A DNA stretch of 61,623 nucleotides, taken from positions 1 through 61,623 of the IMG/VR virus record IMGVR_UViG_3300002219_000044, one strand, 5' to 3'. Made by a program: the position numbers and the translations under genes. This document shows, piece by piece, positions 48,036-57,544 of this stretch (positions within the stretch are counted from its first letter, which is position 1; each line of letters opens with the position of its first letter). This DNA is from a virus. Taxonomy: Duplodnaviria > Caudoviricetes. The notes under the pieces were generated by a model, which was not told the origin of the DNA, did no database searches, and saw only the letters and a program-made list of their open reading frames with translations.

Positions 48036-48341
48036 CTATTCCTCATTTCCGGCGTAATACTTGATTCGTTCCCGTATCCACGCTATCGGCGGGAGCCGGA
48101 TCGTCGTGCCGGCCGTCATCGGCTCGCGCATTCCGTCCAGTTCGGCCGCAATCAGAATCACCCATTTCAGTTGATCGGTCCCATAATACCGGTACGCTGT
48201 CAACTCCGGCCGAAGGACTTCGTCCGGCTGAATCACATACCCGGCCCAGCCGTCGTTGCCCTTCCGGATTTCCCGGTACAGGCTGGCCCTCATGATATCG
48301 TCGGTTATGTTGTAAGGCGAAAGTCTTGACAGGGTTGTCAT
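48036..48341 (-). CDS. Baseplate protein, P1 gp26 / LysM-like
   Basis: RPELTAYRYYG..LKWVIL..G..IRLP. Confidence 0.7.
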   Translation of the reverse strand: MTTLSRLSPYNITDDIMRASLYREIRKGNDGWAGYVIQPDEVLRPELTAYRYYGTDQLKWVILIAAELDGMREPMTAGTTIRLPPIAWIRERIKYYAGNEE

Positions 48342-48643
48342 GCGGCCTCTTCCTTCATTTTTGAGAGGCTCTTGCCGTACTCATCCCTGGCCTGCGTTGC
48401 TTCTTTGACGAAGAGGTCCATAATTTTGTACATCAAAGCCTTAAATATCCCTTGGTCTACCAGATACCGCGCCTGAATGCGCCGGCCTTCTCTGGCCTGT
48501 TCCGATATCTCATTCCAGCCCATAAACCTGGTGGCTTTTTCGCCAAACTTCTCGGCCGCCACGGTGGCCCCTTTTTCAACGGCCTCGCGGCCGGCTTCGT
48601 GCAGCTCTTTTGCCAATGTTTCAATGTCTATCATCGTGCTCAT
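48338..48643 (-). CDS. Hypothetical protein
   Basis: AGGAG RBS, coupled in operon. Confidence 0.55.
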   Translation of the reverse strand: MSTMIDIETLAKELHEAGREAVEKGATVAAEKFGEKATRFMGWNEISEQAREGRRIQARYLVDQGIFKALMYKIMDLFVKEATQARDEYGKSLSKMKEEAA

Positions 48644-49304
48644 GCAAATACTCCTTTCCTTTTTTTGCAAGTTCCGCCCTTGCCCTGTCCAGCGCCTTGT
48701 GTGTTTCGATGTCCCGCTTTTTGATCAGCCTTTCCATCCGCCTGACCGGATTGTAATCGTCCGGATCCGGAGCCGGATTCCCAAACATGGCTTCCAGAAA
48801 CCGACCGCTCAACGGCTCCGTCATGGCCGCAACCACACACAGAAGGATAGCCCTGTGGCCGCCGCCGAAAGCCGTCCAGTCAATCGAATAGACTGACCGG
48901 CCCTTTTCATCCTGCTTTTTCTCGACCTTCTGCCCTTCGCTTCCGGACCGGATCAGGAAGCGCTTCGCATCGTCATCCACTACCAGGTTGCCCATGTCCT
49001 GCAGCGCAAAGTACCAGTCCAGCGCCTCATACAGGTTGCTCCGCTCTTCCACGTCTTCCAGGAGGTACTGGGTTCCGTGTTGCGCTATCAGGTCGGTTCG
49101 CTCTTCGATGATCACCGCATACCCCTTGCCGCTTTTTTCCACGATCTCATCAACCAGGGGCTTGCGCCATGCGTTGAAAATGCCCGCAATCGGCAAAACA
49201 GACGTAATGACAAGCTGTTCGCCGTTGAATACCGCATATGCCTTGCTTTTCTGGCCGCCCATGAGGGACACGGCCATTATTTTCAGGATACTATCGTCCG
49301 TCAT
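48621..49304 (-). CDS. Hypothetical protein coupled to terminase
   Basis: ATGA overlap with pacB. Confidence 0.6.
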   Translation of the reverse strand: MTDDSILKIMAVSLMGGQKSKAYAVFNGEQLVITSVLPIAGIFNAWRKPLVDEIVEKSGKGYAVIIEERTDLIAQHGTQYLLEDVEERSNLYEALDWYFALQDMGNLVVDDDAKRFLIRSGSEGQKVEKKQDEKGRSVYSIDWTAFGGGHRAILLCVVAAMTEPLSGRFLEAMFGNPAPDPDDYNPVRRMERLIKKRDIETHKALDRARAELAKKGKEYLHEHDDRH

Positions 49305-50806
49305 GAGGCTTCCCCTTCGGCAATGATCTTCTTTGCCATCGCCAGAATGTCATCTTCTTCACCCGCGGCCGATGCCAGGCCTGCGAGGTCATCGTCTGCC
49401 GGCGTGTAATCGACCAGGAAAAAGAAGCAATGCGTATCGAATATATCCGGGCTTTTGATGCCGTGCGTTTTCATCTGATCTTTCGGCATCATGGCATACC
49501 GGCCCGCTTCATCGATCTTGTATGGAAGCAATGACCCCTGATCGACGGCTTTCCGACTGGAGGCTATCTTCATTCGCCCGCCGAATATCGCCTCTCTGGC
49601 CTTGACATGGGAATAGGCCCTTAGATTCTTGTATCGCTTCCGGTCCCCCTCGGTATGAGGCGGCAAACCCCAGTGGATGCGCTCGACCGTATGCCCGAGA
49701 TCTTCCAGATCCAGAATCACCGTTCGGCCCGGCCCGTCCGCGTCCACGGCGATAGTGACGTTTGAAAGGCCGCCAACCCGCTCATGGATTTTCCGGGCAA
49801 ACTGTTTCTCGTTGAGATCCAGGTACTCCGTGGAATCCACGACCTCAACGCGCCTGTCCGAGTCGTAGCCGGACACCTTCGCCAGCGTCCACACGGAAGA
49901 GTCGCGGTGAACGCCTTCGGCCACGTCCGCCGTCAACACCCATCCCCACGGGACCGGATGCTCGATGATAAGCAGCCGTGACTCTTCCAGCCAGGTACGC
50001 GGAATCAGGAAGCCGGAAAGGTTATCGGGAAACCGGCCCAGGACTTTGATCTGATATTCCGGGCTATGATGCCCGCCATACTCGAGCAATTTTTCCCGGA
50101 TGAATTTCTTGGAAACAAGCGGGCTTTCTTCCGAGTTGAACGTCAGGCATGTGTAAATGTCTTTCAGCGATTTGAACGCATCGGCGAAGTGGCCGACCGT
50201 CCGCGTCGGCTGAGAAATCATGCAGTATCTATTTTCCTCGTTCGTCAACGCGCCGCGCAACACGCCATGGATGACATCATCCACGCCGCTGGCCTCATCC
50301 ACCAGGACCGTGTACCATTGCCGATGTTGGCCGGCCACACCCTCCGGCTTGTGCTTCGGCGCCGTCTTCGGGATCACATACCAGCTATCTTTGTGGCCCC
50401 GGGCGTAATATCGAAGCGTCTCTTTGACGAAATAGCCATACAGCCAGGGAAACCGTTGCTCAACTTGCGCCGTTACGGTGTCCAGCTCCTTCCAGACCAC
50501 GCTTCGAAGCTGGGTGACGTTCGTAGCCGTGAGCATGGTGTTGCTCATGGGGTACACCTTGAGCAACCAGTCACAGGTTACCGCATACCCCAAACTCTTG
50601 CCCGTTCCATGACCGCTCGCGCAAGCCGTCCGGCTTCCGGGCTTTTCGATCGATTCAAAAAGCTGCCGTTGCTGCCAGGTCGGTTCCATGCCGCACACTT
50701 CGATTGCATACCGGTTGAGTTGATGCCGGTACCGGGCGCAAAAATCCTTGTACCGGTCCACAATCGCCCTGGAAGCGCTCAGTATGCTCTGACCTTTTTT
50801 CGCCAT
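49301..50806 (-). CDS. pacB: Terminase large subunit
   Basis: SGHGTGKS, VDEASG, ADVAEG, KSPD. Confidence 0.9.
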   Translation of the reverse strand: MAKKGQSILSASRAIVDRYKDFCARYRHQLNRYAIEVCGMEPTWQQRQLFESIEKPGSRTACASGHGTGKSLGYAVTCDWLLKVYPMSNTMLTATNVTQLRSVVWKELDTVTAQVEQRFPWLYGYFVKETLRYYARGHKDSWYVIPKTAPKHKPEGVAGQHRQWYTVLVDEASGVDDVIHGVLRGALTNEENRYCMISQPTRTVGHFADAFKSLKDIYTCLTFNSEESPLVSKKFIREKLLEYGGHHSPEYQIKVLGRFPDNLSGFLIPRTWLEESRLLIIEHPVPWGWVLTADVAEGVHRDSSVWTLAKVSGYDSDRRVEVVDSTEYLDLNEKQFARKIHERVGGLSNVTIAVDADGPGRTVILDLEDLGHTVERIHWGLPPHTEGDRKRYKNLRAYSHVKAREAIFGGRMKIASSRKAVDQGSLLPYKIDEAGRYAMMPKDQMKTHGIKSPDIFDTHCFFFLVDYTPADDDLAGLASAAGEEDDILAMAKKIIAEGEAS

Positions 50807-51643
50807 TTACACGGTCACGTCCGGCCCGAAAGAATCCGCGTCTTTCAGATCGTCCTTCAATGCCTTCACTTCGGCTTGGCGCTCGGGTACCCACTCGGTT
50901 TCTTGCCGGTTCTGCTTTTCCAGGTTTTTCTGGTATCGCTCTTCCAGCTCTTCATCCGTAAATGCCGGCGGAAGATCCGGCTCGGGCGGTTCCGGCGTAA
51001 TCTTCGAAAGCTCGATCTTTAAAGCCTCCGGGATCGGAAGCCCCAGGATATTGAATTTATACGCGGCTTCCCGCACGGTGATCTTATCGTCCAGAACGTC
51101 CTTGAGAATCTTGGCCGTGCGCCGGTCCTGCACCGGAGTTTCGGTATTGAACAGTTTCAAATACCTGCCAAGCAATTCCAGGGCGGCCCGCTTGTCGGAC
51201 AACCTGAATCTCACCTTGCGGACCGGAATAATGCCGTCCGCCGTATGATCCGCGCCTTCCTCGAAGTTGACTTCCTGAATCGCCGCCGCCTGCGCCCGGG
51301 TCAGGTCTTTCAGATTAACAACAACCGACCCGTCTTCTTGGATCTTCAAGTAATCCAGCATGTTTGCAAAGGCAACCTTCGCGGCCTCCTGCAAAACAGC
51401 GTCGCTGGTAATCTCGATCTTTTCCAGCTTGCGGCCAAGAGCCTTCTTGATCGCTGCAGCGACTCCAACATTTTCCATCAGCCGCGGCCCCGCCGTTCCC
51501 GCCACCTTTTCGCTGACTTTGTACCCGGCCCGGATATAGGCCTGAGTCGCATTCATGTCTATGAGATACTCCCGGCAAAATCTTTGCTGCTTTGGGGTCA
51601 GGGCGCGCTTCTTGGCCTTTGTTTTTTTATCGCCTGCCTTCAT
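50807..51643 (-). CDS. pacA: Terminase small subunit
   Basis: LTPKQQRFCREYLIDMNATQAYIRAGY; DKRAALELLG. Confidence 0.85.
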   Translation of the reverse strand: MKAGDKKTKAKKRALTPKQQRFCREYLIDMNATQAYIRAGYKVSEKVAGTAGPRLMENVGVAAAIKKALGRKLEKIEITSDAVLQEAAKVAFANMLDYLKIQEDGSVVVNLKDLTRAQAAAIQEVNFEEGADHTADGIIPVRKVRFRLSDKRAALELLGRYLKLFNTETPVQDRRTAKILKDVLDDKITVREAAYKFNILGLPIPEALKIELSKITPEPPEPDLPPAFTDEELEERYQKNLEKQNRQETEWVPERQAEVKALKDDLKDADSFGPDVTV

Positions 51644-51960
51644 GGATTCCCCTTTCCCGGCGGCAAACTTTGCCACCATTTCTTGTATTCCAGCCTACTC
51701 ATTTCCCATCTGCCACATATTTTCTTGGCGGGCAGCCCCGCCCGGATCCGGCCGACAACAGCGGTCCACTTTGCCAGCCTCAAAAATGCCTTGATGCCCT
51801 TGCGCCCGACGATCATATCACCGTCGCCGGCTTCCGCCGCCGGGCGCATCTTTCCCCATCGGCCGCGATTTTGTTTGATTGCGGGCCCGTCCTGGTTCAA
51901 CAGGCCCGCAAAATCCGAAACGCATCTTGTTGCACCGCCCTTGCTGCTTTCCGCCGTCAT
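51640..51960 (-). CDS. Small excisionase-like HTH protein; candidate late regulator
   Basis: IVGRKGIKAFL..GLPAKKICGRW. Confidence 0.45.
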   Translation of the reverse strand: MTAESSKGGATRCVSDFAGLLNQDGPAIKQNRGRWGKMRPAAEAGDGDMIVGRKGIKAFLRLAKWTAVVGRIRAGLPAKKICGRWEMSRLEYKKWWQSLPPGKGNP

Positions 51961-52019
51961 CTTCCCCCTTCCTAAAGCTCATGAATATGAATCTCGGTCA
52001 TCGGCCGGCTGTATCGTTA

Positions 52020-52478
52020 TCAAAATCCATAATGCTTATCACCCCACAATGCCACCAGGACGGCGTCTGCCTCATTGTCGTCTATTGGCGGCCGGCCCAA
52101 AAATTTTTCTGCCGCCGCTATCATCTGTTCTTTCCCCGCCCCACCTTTGCCGGTTGCCCACTTCTTCAGGGATGTTGTCTCTACAATCGAGTGCTCGATG
52201 CCGTTTGCGGCCGCGAGCTCCTGTATCCGGCCACTGAGATTGACGCAAATCTCGGTGGCCGCTCCGCCCCGGTGGTGGGCGCGTTCATAAACAATCAGAT
52301 CAGGCTTGCACGTCGTGATCAGCTCGGATAGCCATTTCCTAAACTTCAGGAACAGCATTCCATTCGACTCGCCACGGCGCTTGGCGAAATCTTGTACGCC
52401 GCTTTCCTCGATCTCTCCGGATCGGCTGATGAACGCCCATCCAGTTTTTGTCGCCGCATCTATGCCGAGAATTTTCAC
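52020..52478 (-). CDS. ruvC: RuvC-like Holliday junction resolvase
   Basis: ILGIDAA..GWA, IVYE, KKWATGKG, DNEADA. Confidence 0.85.
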   Translation of the reverse strand: MKILGIDAATKTGWAFISRSGEIEESGVQDFAKRRGESNGMLFLKFRKWLSELITTCKPDLIVYERAHHRGGAATEICVNLSGRIQELAAANGIEHSIVETTSLKKWATGKGGAGKEQMIAAAEKFLGRPPIDDNEADAVLVALWGDKHYGF

Positions 52479-52660
52479 CTGCTACGCCCTCCTTCCCAAT
52501 CATCCCGGCATTCCGCGTCGCACCATCGGCGGCCGGCCGGTAATATTTCCCCGCAATGGAGACAGCGGCCGGTGGCCCCGGGCCCTTCCGGTTTGCGCTT
52601 GGCCAGGTTCCTTGCCAGCTCTTGCGCTTCAAATTCGGCCGCTACATCGCCTTCGTTCAT
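52475..52660 (-). CDS. DksA/TraR-like C4 Zn-finger protein
   Basis: CLHCGE..RRWCDAEC. Confidence 0.65.
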   Translation of the reverse strand: MNEGDVAAEFEAQELARNLAKRKPEGPGATGRCLHCGEILPAGRRWCDAECRDDWEGGRSR

Positions 52661-52681
52661 CCATCCCTCCGCATCTATCCG

Positions 52682-53137
52682 TCAAAATGGGATATCATCC
52701 TCCGGAATCGTCGGAACACCCGTGCCGCTGTACCAGCCATCGTCTTTTTTCTTGGTACTGGTAGAAGATTGCTGTCTGTCGCCGCCGCCGCCTTCCGACT
52801 TCTGGCCTCCGTCGCCAAGCATCTGCATGGTGGATACCACGATCTCGGTTATATACCGGGTTGACCCGTCCTGTTCCCAGGATCTCGTCTGAAGTTTGCC
52901 GGTTACGAAAACCAACATGCCTTTTGATACATATTTGCCTACTATCTCGGCTATCTGCCTCCAACACACAATACGCACCCATTCGGTCTTTTCTTTTTTC
53001 TCGCCAGAATCCTTGTCTTTCCACGTTTCTGACACGGCTATTGAAAAATTAGCTACCGGCGTTCCGTCCTGTAAATATTTGATTTCGGGAGGTTTCCCGA
53101 CTCTCCCTATAAAGTTACACTGATTTAAGTTTGCCAT
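52682..53137 (-). CDS. ssb: Single-stranded DNA-binding protein
   Basis: OB-fold motifs, C-terminal DDIPF. Confidence 0.95.
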   Translation of the reverse strand: MANLNQCNFIGRVGKPPEIKYLQDGTPVANFSIAVSETWKDKDSGEKKEKTEWVRIVCWRQIAEIVGKYVSKGMLVFVTGKLQTRSWEQDGSTRYITEIVVSTMQMLGDGGQKSEGGGGDRQQSSTSTKKKDDGWYSGTGVPTIPEDDIPF

Positions 53138-53759
53138 TTTCTCTATCTCCAGTGTGTAGTTTGGCGTGATCCGTTGCTGTCATTATAACCAAATTGTCGG
53201 GGTCGTTGTTGGTCTTGCTTTTATCTACATGATGCACATGCTCACCATTTTTTAGTGGTCTTCCATATTTCCTCTCTGCTACGGCGATATGTACGCTCTT
53301 GCCGGCATACGGTCCATTCTCACGGCTGTTTGTAAACACACAATAACCCTGAGACGACGTTGTTATACCCCCCTTCCATTTTTTGTTTTTAGGCCCCACA
53401 AGTTCCCTTAATTTGTTCTTCGCTGCATCGCTCAATCTCCTGCCCGTTGACGATTTTCTTATTTTTTCTTTTACATCTGGCCTGTTTTGTGACAGTTTTT
53501 TATTTTCTTTTGAGTCCCTAATTTTTACCTTATTTGCCTTTAAAATTCTCCCTACATGAGTTCCGGAAAGGCCGTATTTCGTGCCTATTTCGCTTGTTGA
53601 CATTCTATCTGCAACATATAAACGCACTATCGTTTCGTCGGGAACTTTCCTTTTTGTGGCCCCACATTTACGGCAACAAAACTTCCTCTCATCCCACTGC
53701 CTCTTGCCATATCCATGAGGCTTATAAAAAGTTTCATTACACACAGGGCAGGTTTTCAT
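53115..53759 (-). CDS. HNH homing endonuclease
   Basis: Start MKTCPVC with GGAGG; VHHVD..KTNN..NL..HAKLH; AT-rich. Confidence 0.85.
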   Translation of the reverse strand: MKTCPVCNETFYKPHGYGKRQWDERKFCCRKCGATKRKVPDETIVRLYVADRMSTSEIGTKYGLSGTHVGRILKANKVKIRDSKENKKLSQNRPDVKEKIRKSSTGRRLSDAAKNKLRELVGPKNKKWKGGITTSSQGYCVFTNSRENGPYAGKSVHIAVAERKYGRPLKNGEHVHHVDKSKTNNDPDNLVIMTATDHAKLHTGDRENGKLKSV

Positions 53760-53998
53760 TATTTCCTCCACGCGACATACCCCAGCACCGCCAGGGCGAA
53801 GTAAAGTGTAAAAAGAGCACCCTGGGCCGGGATTCCCGCGCCGAAATCTATGGCCGCCCAAGATATGTTCGTGAACATCCACACGATGAACGAGGACCGC
53901 TTTTTTTGGATGTTCAGGATCACGCTCAATACCATCGACAAGGGTGTTTGCAATTTCTGTTTCAGTTGTGTATTGAAAAGCGGAATCGGCTGGAACAC
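53759..53998 (-). CDS. PnuC-like small membrane protein, possibly 5'-truncated
   Basis: LNIQKK..FIVWMFTN..W..Y..LAVLGYVAW. Confidence 0.45.
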   Translation of the reverse strand: MFQPIPLFNTQLKQKLQTPLSMVLSVILNIQKKRSSFIVWMFTNISWAAIDFGAGIPAQGALFTLYFALAVLGYVAWRK

Positions 53999-54161
53999 AT
54001 ACGCTTGCTTCCGTTGGTTGACCGTCGTTTCTTGGGTCGATGGTTCTTAGATACAAAACCCTGTCTTTCGGCGGAAAATACAACCCAAAAGTGTGCATTT
54101 TGTAAAAATCCGCATTGTTTGGCCTCGCTAATTCTTCGTGGCTATAGGCCCATTCCGCTTT

Positions 54162-54338
54162 CTACATCTCGACATTGTCAAAAATCGACTCGTTAATTTC
54201 TTCGAGTTGCCACTTGCCATATTCGGTTCGTGCGCGAACCGCTTTGTTCCGGTCTTTAACATCCAGTCGATTCCAGCAGGCCAAACAATAGCCGTATGTC
54301 ACCGCTGTTTTGTAGCATTTTTCAGTTACGCATTTCAT
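54162..54338 (-). CDS. Small Cys-rich protein
   Basis: GGAGG RBS, ATGA overlap. Confidence 0.45.
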   Translation of the reverse strand: MKCVTEKCYKTAVTYGYCLACWNRLDVKDRNKAVRARTEYGKWQLEEINESIFDNVEM

Positions 54339-54649
54339 TGCCGCCTCCCTTCCTCGATCAGCCAAATCAAGCCCTTGACGTTGCGGATACTTCTAAGGTT
54401 GTCGCCATATCCGGCTTTCAGCGCCCCACGCCCATAATTGTTTTCGTAGACGAACCAGGAAATCCAGTCATCTTTGTCCCCAACAGCGATCGACACGGCT
54501 TTGAGAGAGGCTTCCATGGCTTTCCAGCACTCATTGAAAAACCCAAAATCCGGCTGAACGCCCAATGCGCTCTCTAGTTTATCGAATGCGTCACTGGCCG
54601 CCTTGTGCGCGTCTATGGCTTTTTTGATAGCCTTGGTGGTGGTGGACAT
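54335..54649 (-). CDS. Hypothetical phage protein
   Basis: DWISWFVYENNYG; follows loader gene. Confidence 0.6.
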   Translation of the reverse strand: MSTTTKAIKKAIDAHKAASDAFDKLESALGVQPDFGFFNECWKAMEASLKAVSIAVGDKDDWISWFVYENNYGRGALKAGYGDNLRSIRNVKGLIWLIEEGRRQ

Positions 54650-54652
54650 TAT

Positions 54653-55489
54653 TCAAACCCCCTTCTTTCTCAGTTTCCGATAGTCCGGCATTTTCAGGCT
54701 GATTACCGTCATGTCTGCCAGCCGGGAGGCGATCCGCGCCCCGTACTGGTTTTCAATCTCCTGAATGCCAAGATTCGATGTAATCACCGTCGGCCGCATT
54801 TCCCGGTTGCGGTAGTCGATGATCAGATAAAGCGTTTGGACAGCCCACTCGGTTGCCTTGTCCGCGCCCAGGTCGTCAATGATCAGTAGATCCCGAGCCG
54901 TGAACTGGTCAACAAGCGCTTTTTCGTCTGAATTTTTTGAAAAACAGGACCGGATAGACAGTAGGATCTCCGGCGCTGTGGCAAACAGGACATTCAGGCC
55001 TGCGATCTCCGGGAGCCGATGCCGGAGCGTAGCAACGGCCAAGTGGGTTTTCCCGCATCCAGCGCTTCCGGACAGCAGCACGTCCTTGCCGGCAACCGTC
55101 TGCAGCACGTCCTTGACCTTTTCGCCGCCTTGAAAGTTCTGGAATGAGCATTGTAGGAATTTTTTAGGGACGCCAAATTGCCGCAACCAGTTTTCCGGGT
55201 GCTCTTGGATTTGCCGGATTCTTTCGGCTTCGGCTTGAGCCTCTTCGGCTTTTCTTTGCCTTTCGGCTTCCTTCGCTTCTGCCCGGCATTCCGGGCAGGT
55301 GGCCTTTGGGTTGCCGTGCTCGCATTTTTGCCGATAGAGGTTATTCAGTGACAACGAGGTCAATGGGGTAGGGGTTTCCGTCCCCGAGACAGCGGCCGCC
55401 TGCGCCCGTTTTGACATAAGACGCGCCTGCGCCTGCATCAACAACTCTGAGCTTTCCGTTTCCGTTGCCATTGCCGCCGTTGTTTCCAT
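54653..55489 (-). CDS. DnaC/IstB-like helicase loader
   Basis: GSAGCGKT, IIDDLG, ITSN, RIASRL. Confidence 0.9.
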   Translation of the reverse strand: METTAAMATETESSELLMQAQARLMSKRAQAAAVSGTETPTPLTSLSLNNLYRQKCEHGNPKATCPECRAEAKEAERQRKAEEAQAEAERIRQIQEHPENWLRQFGVPKKFLQCSFQNFQGGEKVKDVLQTVAGKDVLLSGSAGCGKTHLAVATLRHRLPEIAGLNVLFATAPEILLSIRSCFSKNSDEKALVDQFTARDLLIIDDLGADKATEWAVQTLYLIIDYRNREMRPTVITSNLGIQEIENQYGARIASRLADMTVISLKMPDYRKLRKKGV

Positions 55490-56210
55490 GTTTTTGAGCC
55501 TCCATCTTGATTTTTAGAGCGTCGAATTTTTCCCTGAGTTTCTTGGTGCTGAGAATGTTGCATTGCCAGAACGGGTCTTGTTGTACCCAGGCGATCACCG
55601 CCCGAATGTCTTCCGGGCTTCGGTTGTCAACCCGGATCATCAGGTCAATGTCTTTTGCCCATGCCTGCAAGTTGGGTTGCTTGTGGTTAGGGTTGCGCTT
55701 TCGGATTTCATCGAACAGGAATTCTGAAAGCTGAAACTCAGGCGACTCGATTTGAAATTCAAGCGACCTCCGACAAGAAGAAAGAGATTTATCTCTTTCT
55801 TTATCTGTATCTGTATCTGTATCTAGAACGTTACATTTCTGTTTCTGTAACGTTTCTGTAACGTTACATTTTAATATCTTTTGTTTTTCCCGGTACTTAT
55901 CAACACGCTCGGAAACACGGTCGCTCTTAAATTGGCGTTTCTTCCAGTGCATCACAGACACGGTTTTGACCCCATTTTTGCCGTTTTGGGACACCAGCAA
56001 ATTTCGATCAAACAGCGTTTGAAACGTTTCTGTAACGTTACACCTGCGAGTCTTCCACGCAATTTCTTCAATGTTTAAGCCTGTATCGCCGTCTTTATCG
56101 GCCTCGCAAGCGAGGCACAAAACCTCTATCCATGTCCGGAATTCTGCATCCGACAGCGTTCCGATTTTTGGGTCATTCAGCATTTCGGCGTACAATCTAA
56201 GCCACCGCAT
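55341..56210 (-). CDS. Phage replication initiator
   Basis: WLRLY..NDPK; DTDTDTDK; FWQCNILSTKKLREKFD; internal iterons. Confidence 0.85.
   Translation of the reverse strand: MRWLRLYAEMLNDPKIGTLSDAEFRTWIEVLCLACEADKDGDTGLNIEEIAWKTRRCNVTETFQTLFDRNLLVSQNGKNGVKTVSVMHWKKRQFKSDRVSERVDKYREKQKILKCNVTETLQKQKCNVLDTDTDTDKERDKSLSSCRRSLEFQIESPEFQLSEFLFDEIRKRNPNHKQPNLQAWAKDIDLMIRVDNRSPEDIRAVIAWVQQDPFWQCNILSTKKLREKFDALKIKMEAQKHGNNGGNGNGNGKLRVVDAGAGASYVKTGAGGRCLGDGNPYPIDLVVTE
55802..56041. repeat. Intragenic iterons (probable origin)
   Basis: GTT(A/T)C at 55830/41/52/63; TGTAACGTTACA at 55857 and 56031. Confidence 0.7.
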
Positions 56211-56273
56211 GACAACCTCCCCCCATCCTAACCGCCTTTTATCATTGCCTATTTTTATCCGCGTATCGCTCGC

Positions 56274-56375
56274 GTTACATCGTGTTACAAGTGCGTTACA
56301 TCGCGTTACATAGGCGTTACATGTGTGTTACATGGGTGTTACTGTAACGTTTCAGTAACGTTACTGTAACGTTAC
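56274..56375. repeat. Array of ten GTTAC-core units at 10-11 bp period
   Basis: Cores at 56274, 84, 95, 305, 316, 327, 338, (349), 360, 371. Confidence 0.85.
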
Positions 56376-56660
56376 AACCGGAGAACAAACGGGCGAAAAC
56401 AGCTCTCCGTCCCGTTCTTCAAGCAGCCCACATTTGAGCAAGCCGTTGGTAAACACACCATCGACACCGACACCCGTCCAGCCTGCAATTATTTCAATAT
56501 CCTCCTTATCGAACCCCGAAAGTGCTCCGTCCGGCCGGTATTCTGCAACCCATGTCCACAGGCGGATCAGGCAGTAAAAAGCCCGGTCCCCGCAATGGCG
56601 CATCAACTTGAGAACCCTTAGATCGCTCATGGTTTTGACCGACAATCGTATTTCTCTCAT
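56361..56660 (-). CDS. Initiator-like N-terminal domain, ends inside iteron array
   Basis: LIRLWTWV..DG.L..EDIE..AGW..L..CGLL. Confidence 0.5.
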   Translation of the reverse strand: MREIRLSVKTMSDLRVLKLMRHCGDRAFYCLIRLWTWVAEYRPDGALSGFDKEDIEIIAGWTGVGVDGVFTNGLLKCGLLEERDGELFSPVCSPVVTLQ

Positions 56661-56726
56661 CGCTTCCCCCCTCTGTCGTGTTTCGTTTAATTTCAAGCAA
56701 GTAAAAAGTTCTATATTATGAATAAT

Positions 56727-57044
56727 TTACGGTATCGAATTTAAACAAACACTTTTGGTTCTACACCTGATAATAACCTCTATGCCATGGACATATTCGT
56801 CTATCCGGTCCAGCATCTTGCGTCTGGTTTCGCGCATCTCATACAGACACGCCTCTTCATCGTGTGCGTATTTTTCGGCATGACCCTTCATGACGTGGTC
56901 AATCCCGATCAGCACCTTGTCTATGGTTATGGTTTCGGCAACCGGCAAAGCCACGGCACCAGCATACTGATAAAAAAAAGGGTCCCTGAAACCAGGATAG
57001 TCAACAGCGCAAACGATTTTCCTGTCATATCTTCCCCCTACCAA
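56727..57044 (-). CDS. Hypothetical protein
   Basis: ORF co-oriented in early operon. Confidence 0.4.
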   Translation of the reverse strand: MVGGRYDRKIVCAVDYPGFRDPFFYQYAGAVALPVAETITIDKVLIGIDHVMKGHAEKYAHDEEACLYEMRETRRKMLDRIDEYVHGIEVIIRCRTKSVCLNSIP

Positions 57045-57145
57045 AATAAACCCATCGGCCTAGCGATCCCTGCCGCTTCCGACCCGGCCGATATTGTGTC
57101 AACGCCCGGGCGCGACAATGCACCCCCGCATACCTCGCGCCTTTC

Positions 57146-57544
57146 CTACGCCCGCATGTATTCCAGCCTGTATATGCACGGTATGCAGATCCCCTCTTTG
57201 CGCTCCTTTACTCGAGCGCAATGGCGGCAAGGGCTTCCGGTTTTCCCGGATGCCTCCCACGCTTCTTGGTCGAAATCTATGGCGGGCTGAAATGGTTCGG
57301 TAAGGGGTCTTGCCGGTGGGGTTTTGGGTACTTGTACTTCGATCTTGAGCCGTTGCAACCGCTGGCCCAGGGTTCGCCGCGGCATTGAAAGGGCGCTTGC
57401 TGTCTCGGTGATATTTTGGTCGAAATATCTCAACACACGGAGAAATGCCGCCTTTTCTTGGTGGCTTTCGAACTCGGTTCCCAATAGATCGTTGATCTGT
57501 TCCGTAACTCTGGCCCAATCTCTTCTCTGCCGCACTTGGGTCAA
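57146..57544 (-). CDS. Fis-type HTH protein with C-terminal CxxC pairs
   Basis: NITETASALSMPRRTLGQRLQRL. Confidence 0.65.
   Translation of the reverse strand: MTQVRQRRDWARVTEQINDLLGTEFESHQEKAAFLRVLRYFDQNITETASALSMPRRTLGQRLQRLKIEVQVPKTPPARPLTEPFQPAIDFDQEAWEASGKTGSPCRHCARVKERKEGICIPCIYRLEYMRA

Noticed and set aside
53760-54098. N-terminal extension of the HNH ORF
   Set aside because: Strong RBS at the 53759 start; the extension overlaps the membrane ORF
56274-56375. CRISPR-like array
   Set aside because: 10-11 bp period with no unique spacers and no cas genes; fits iterons
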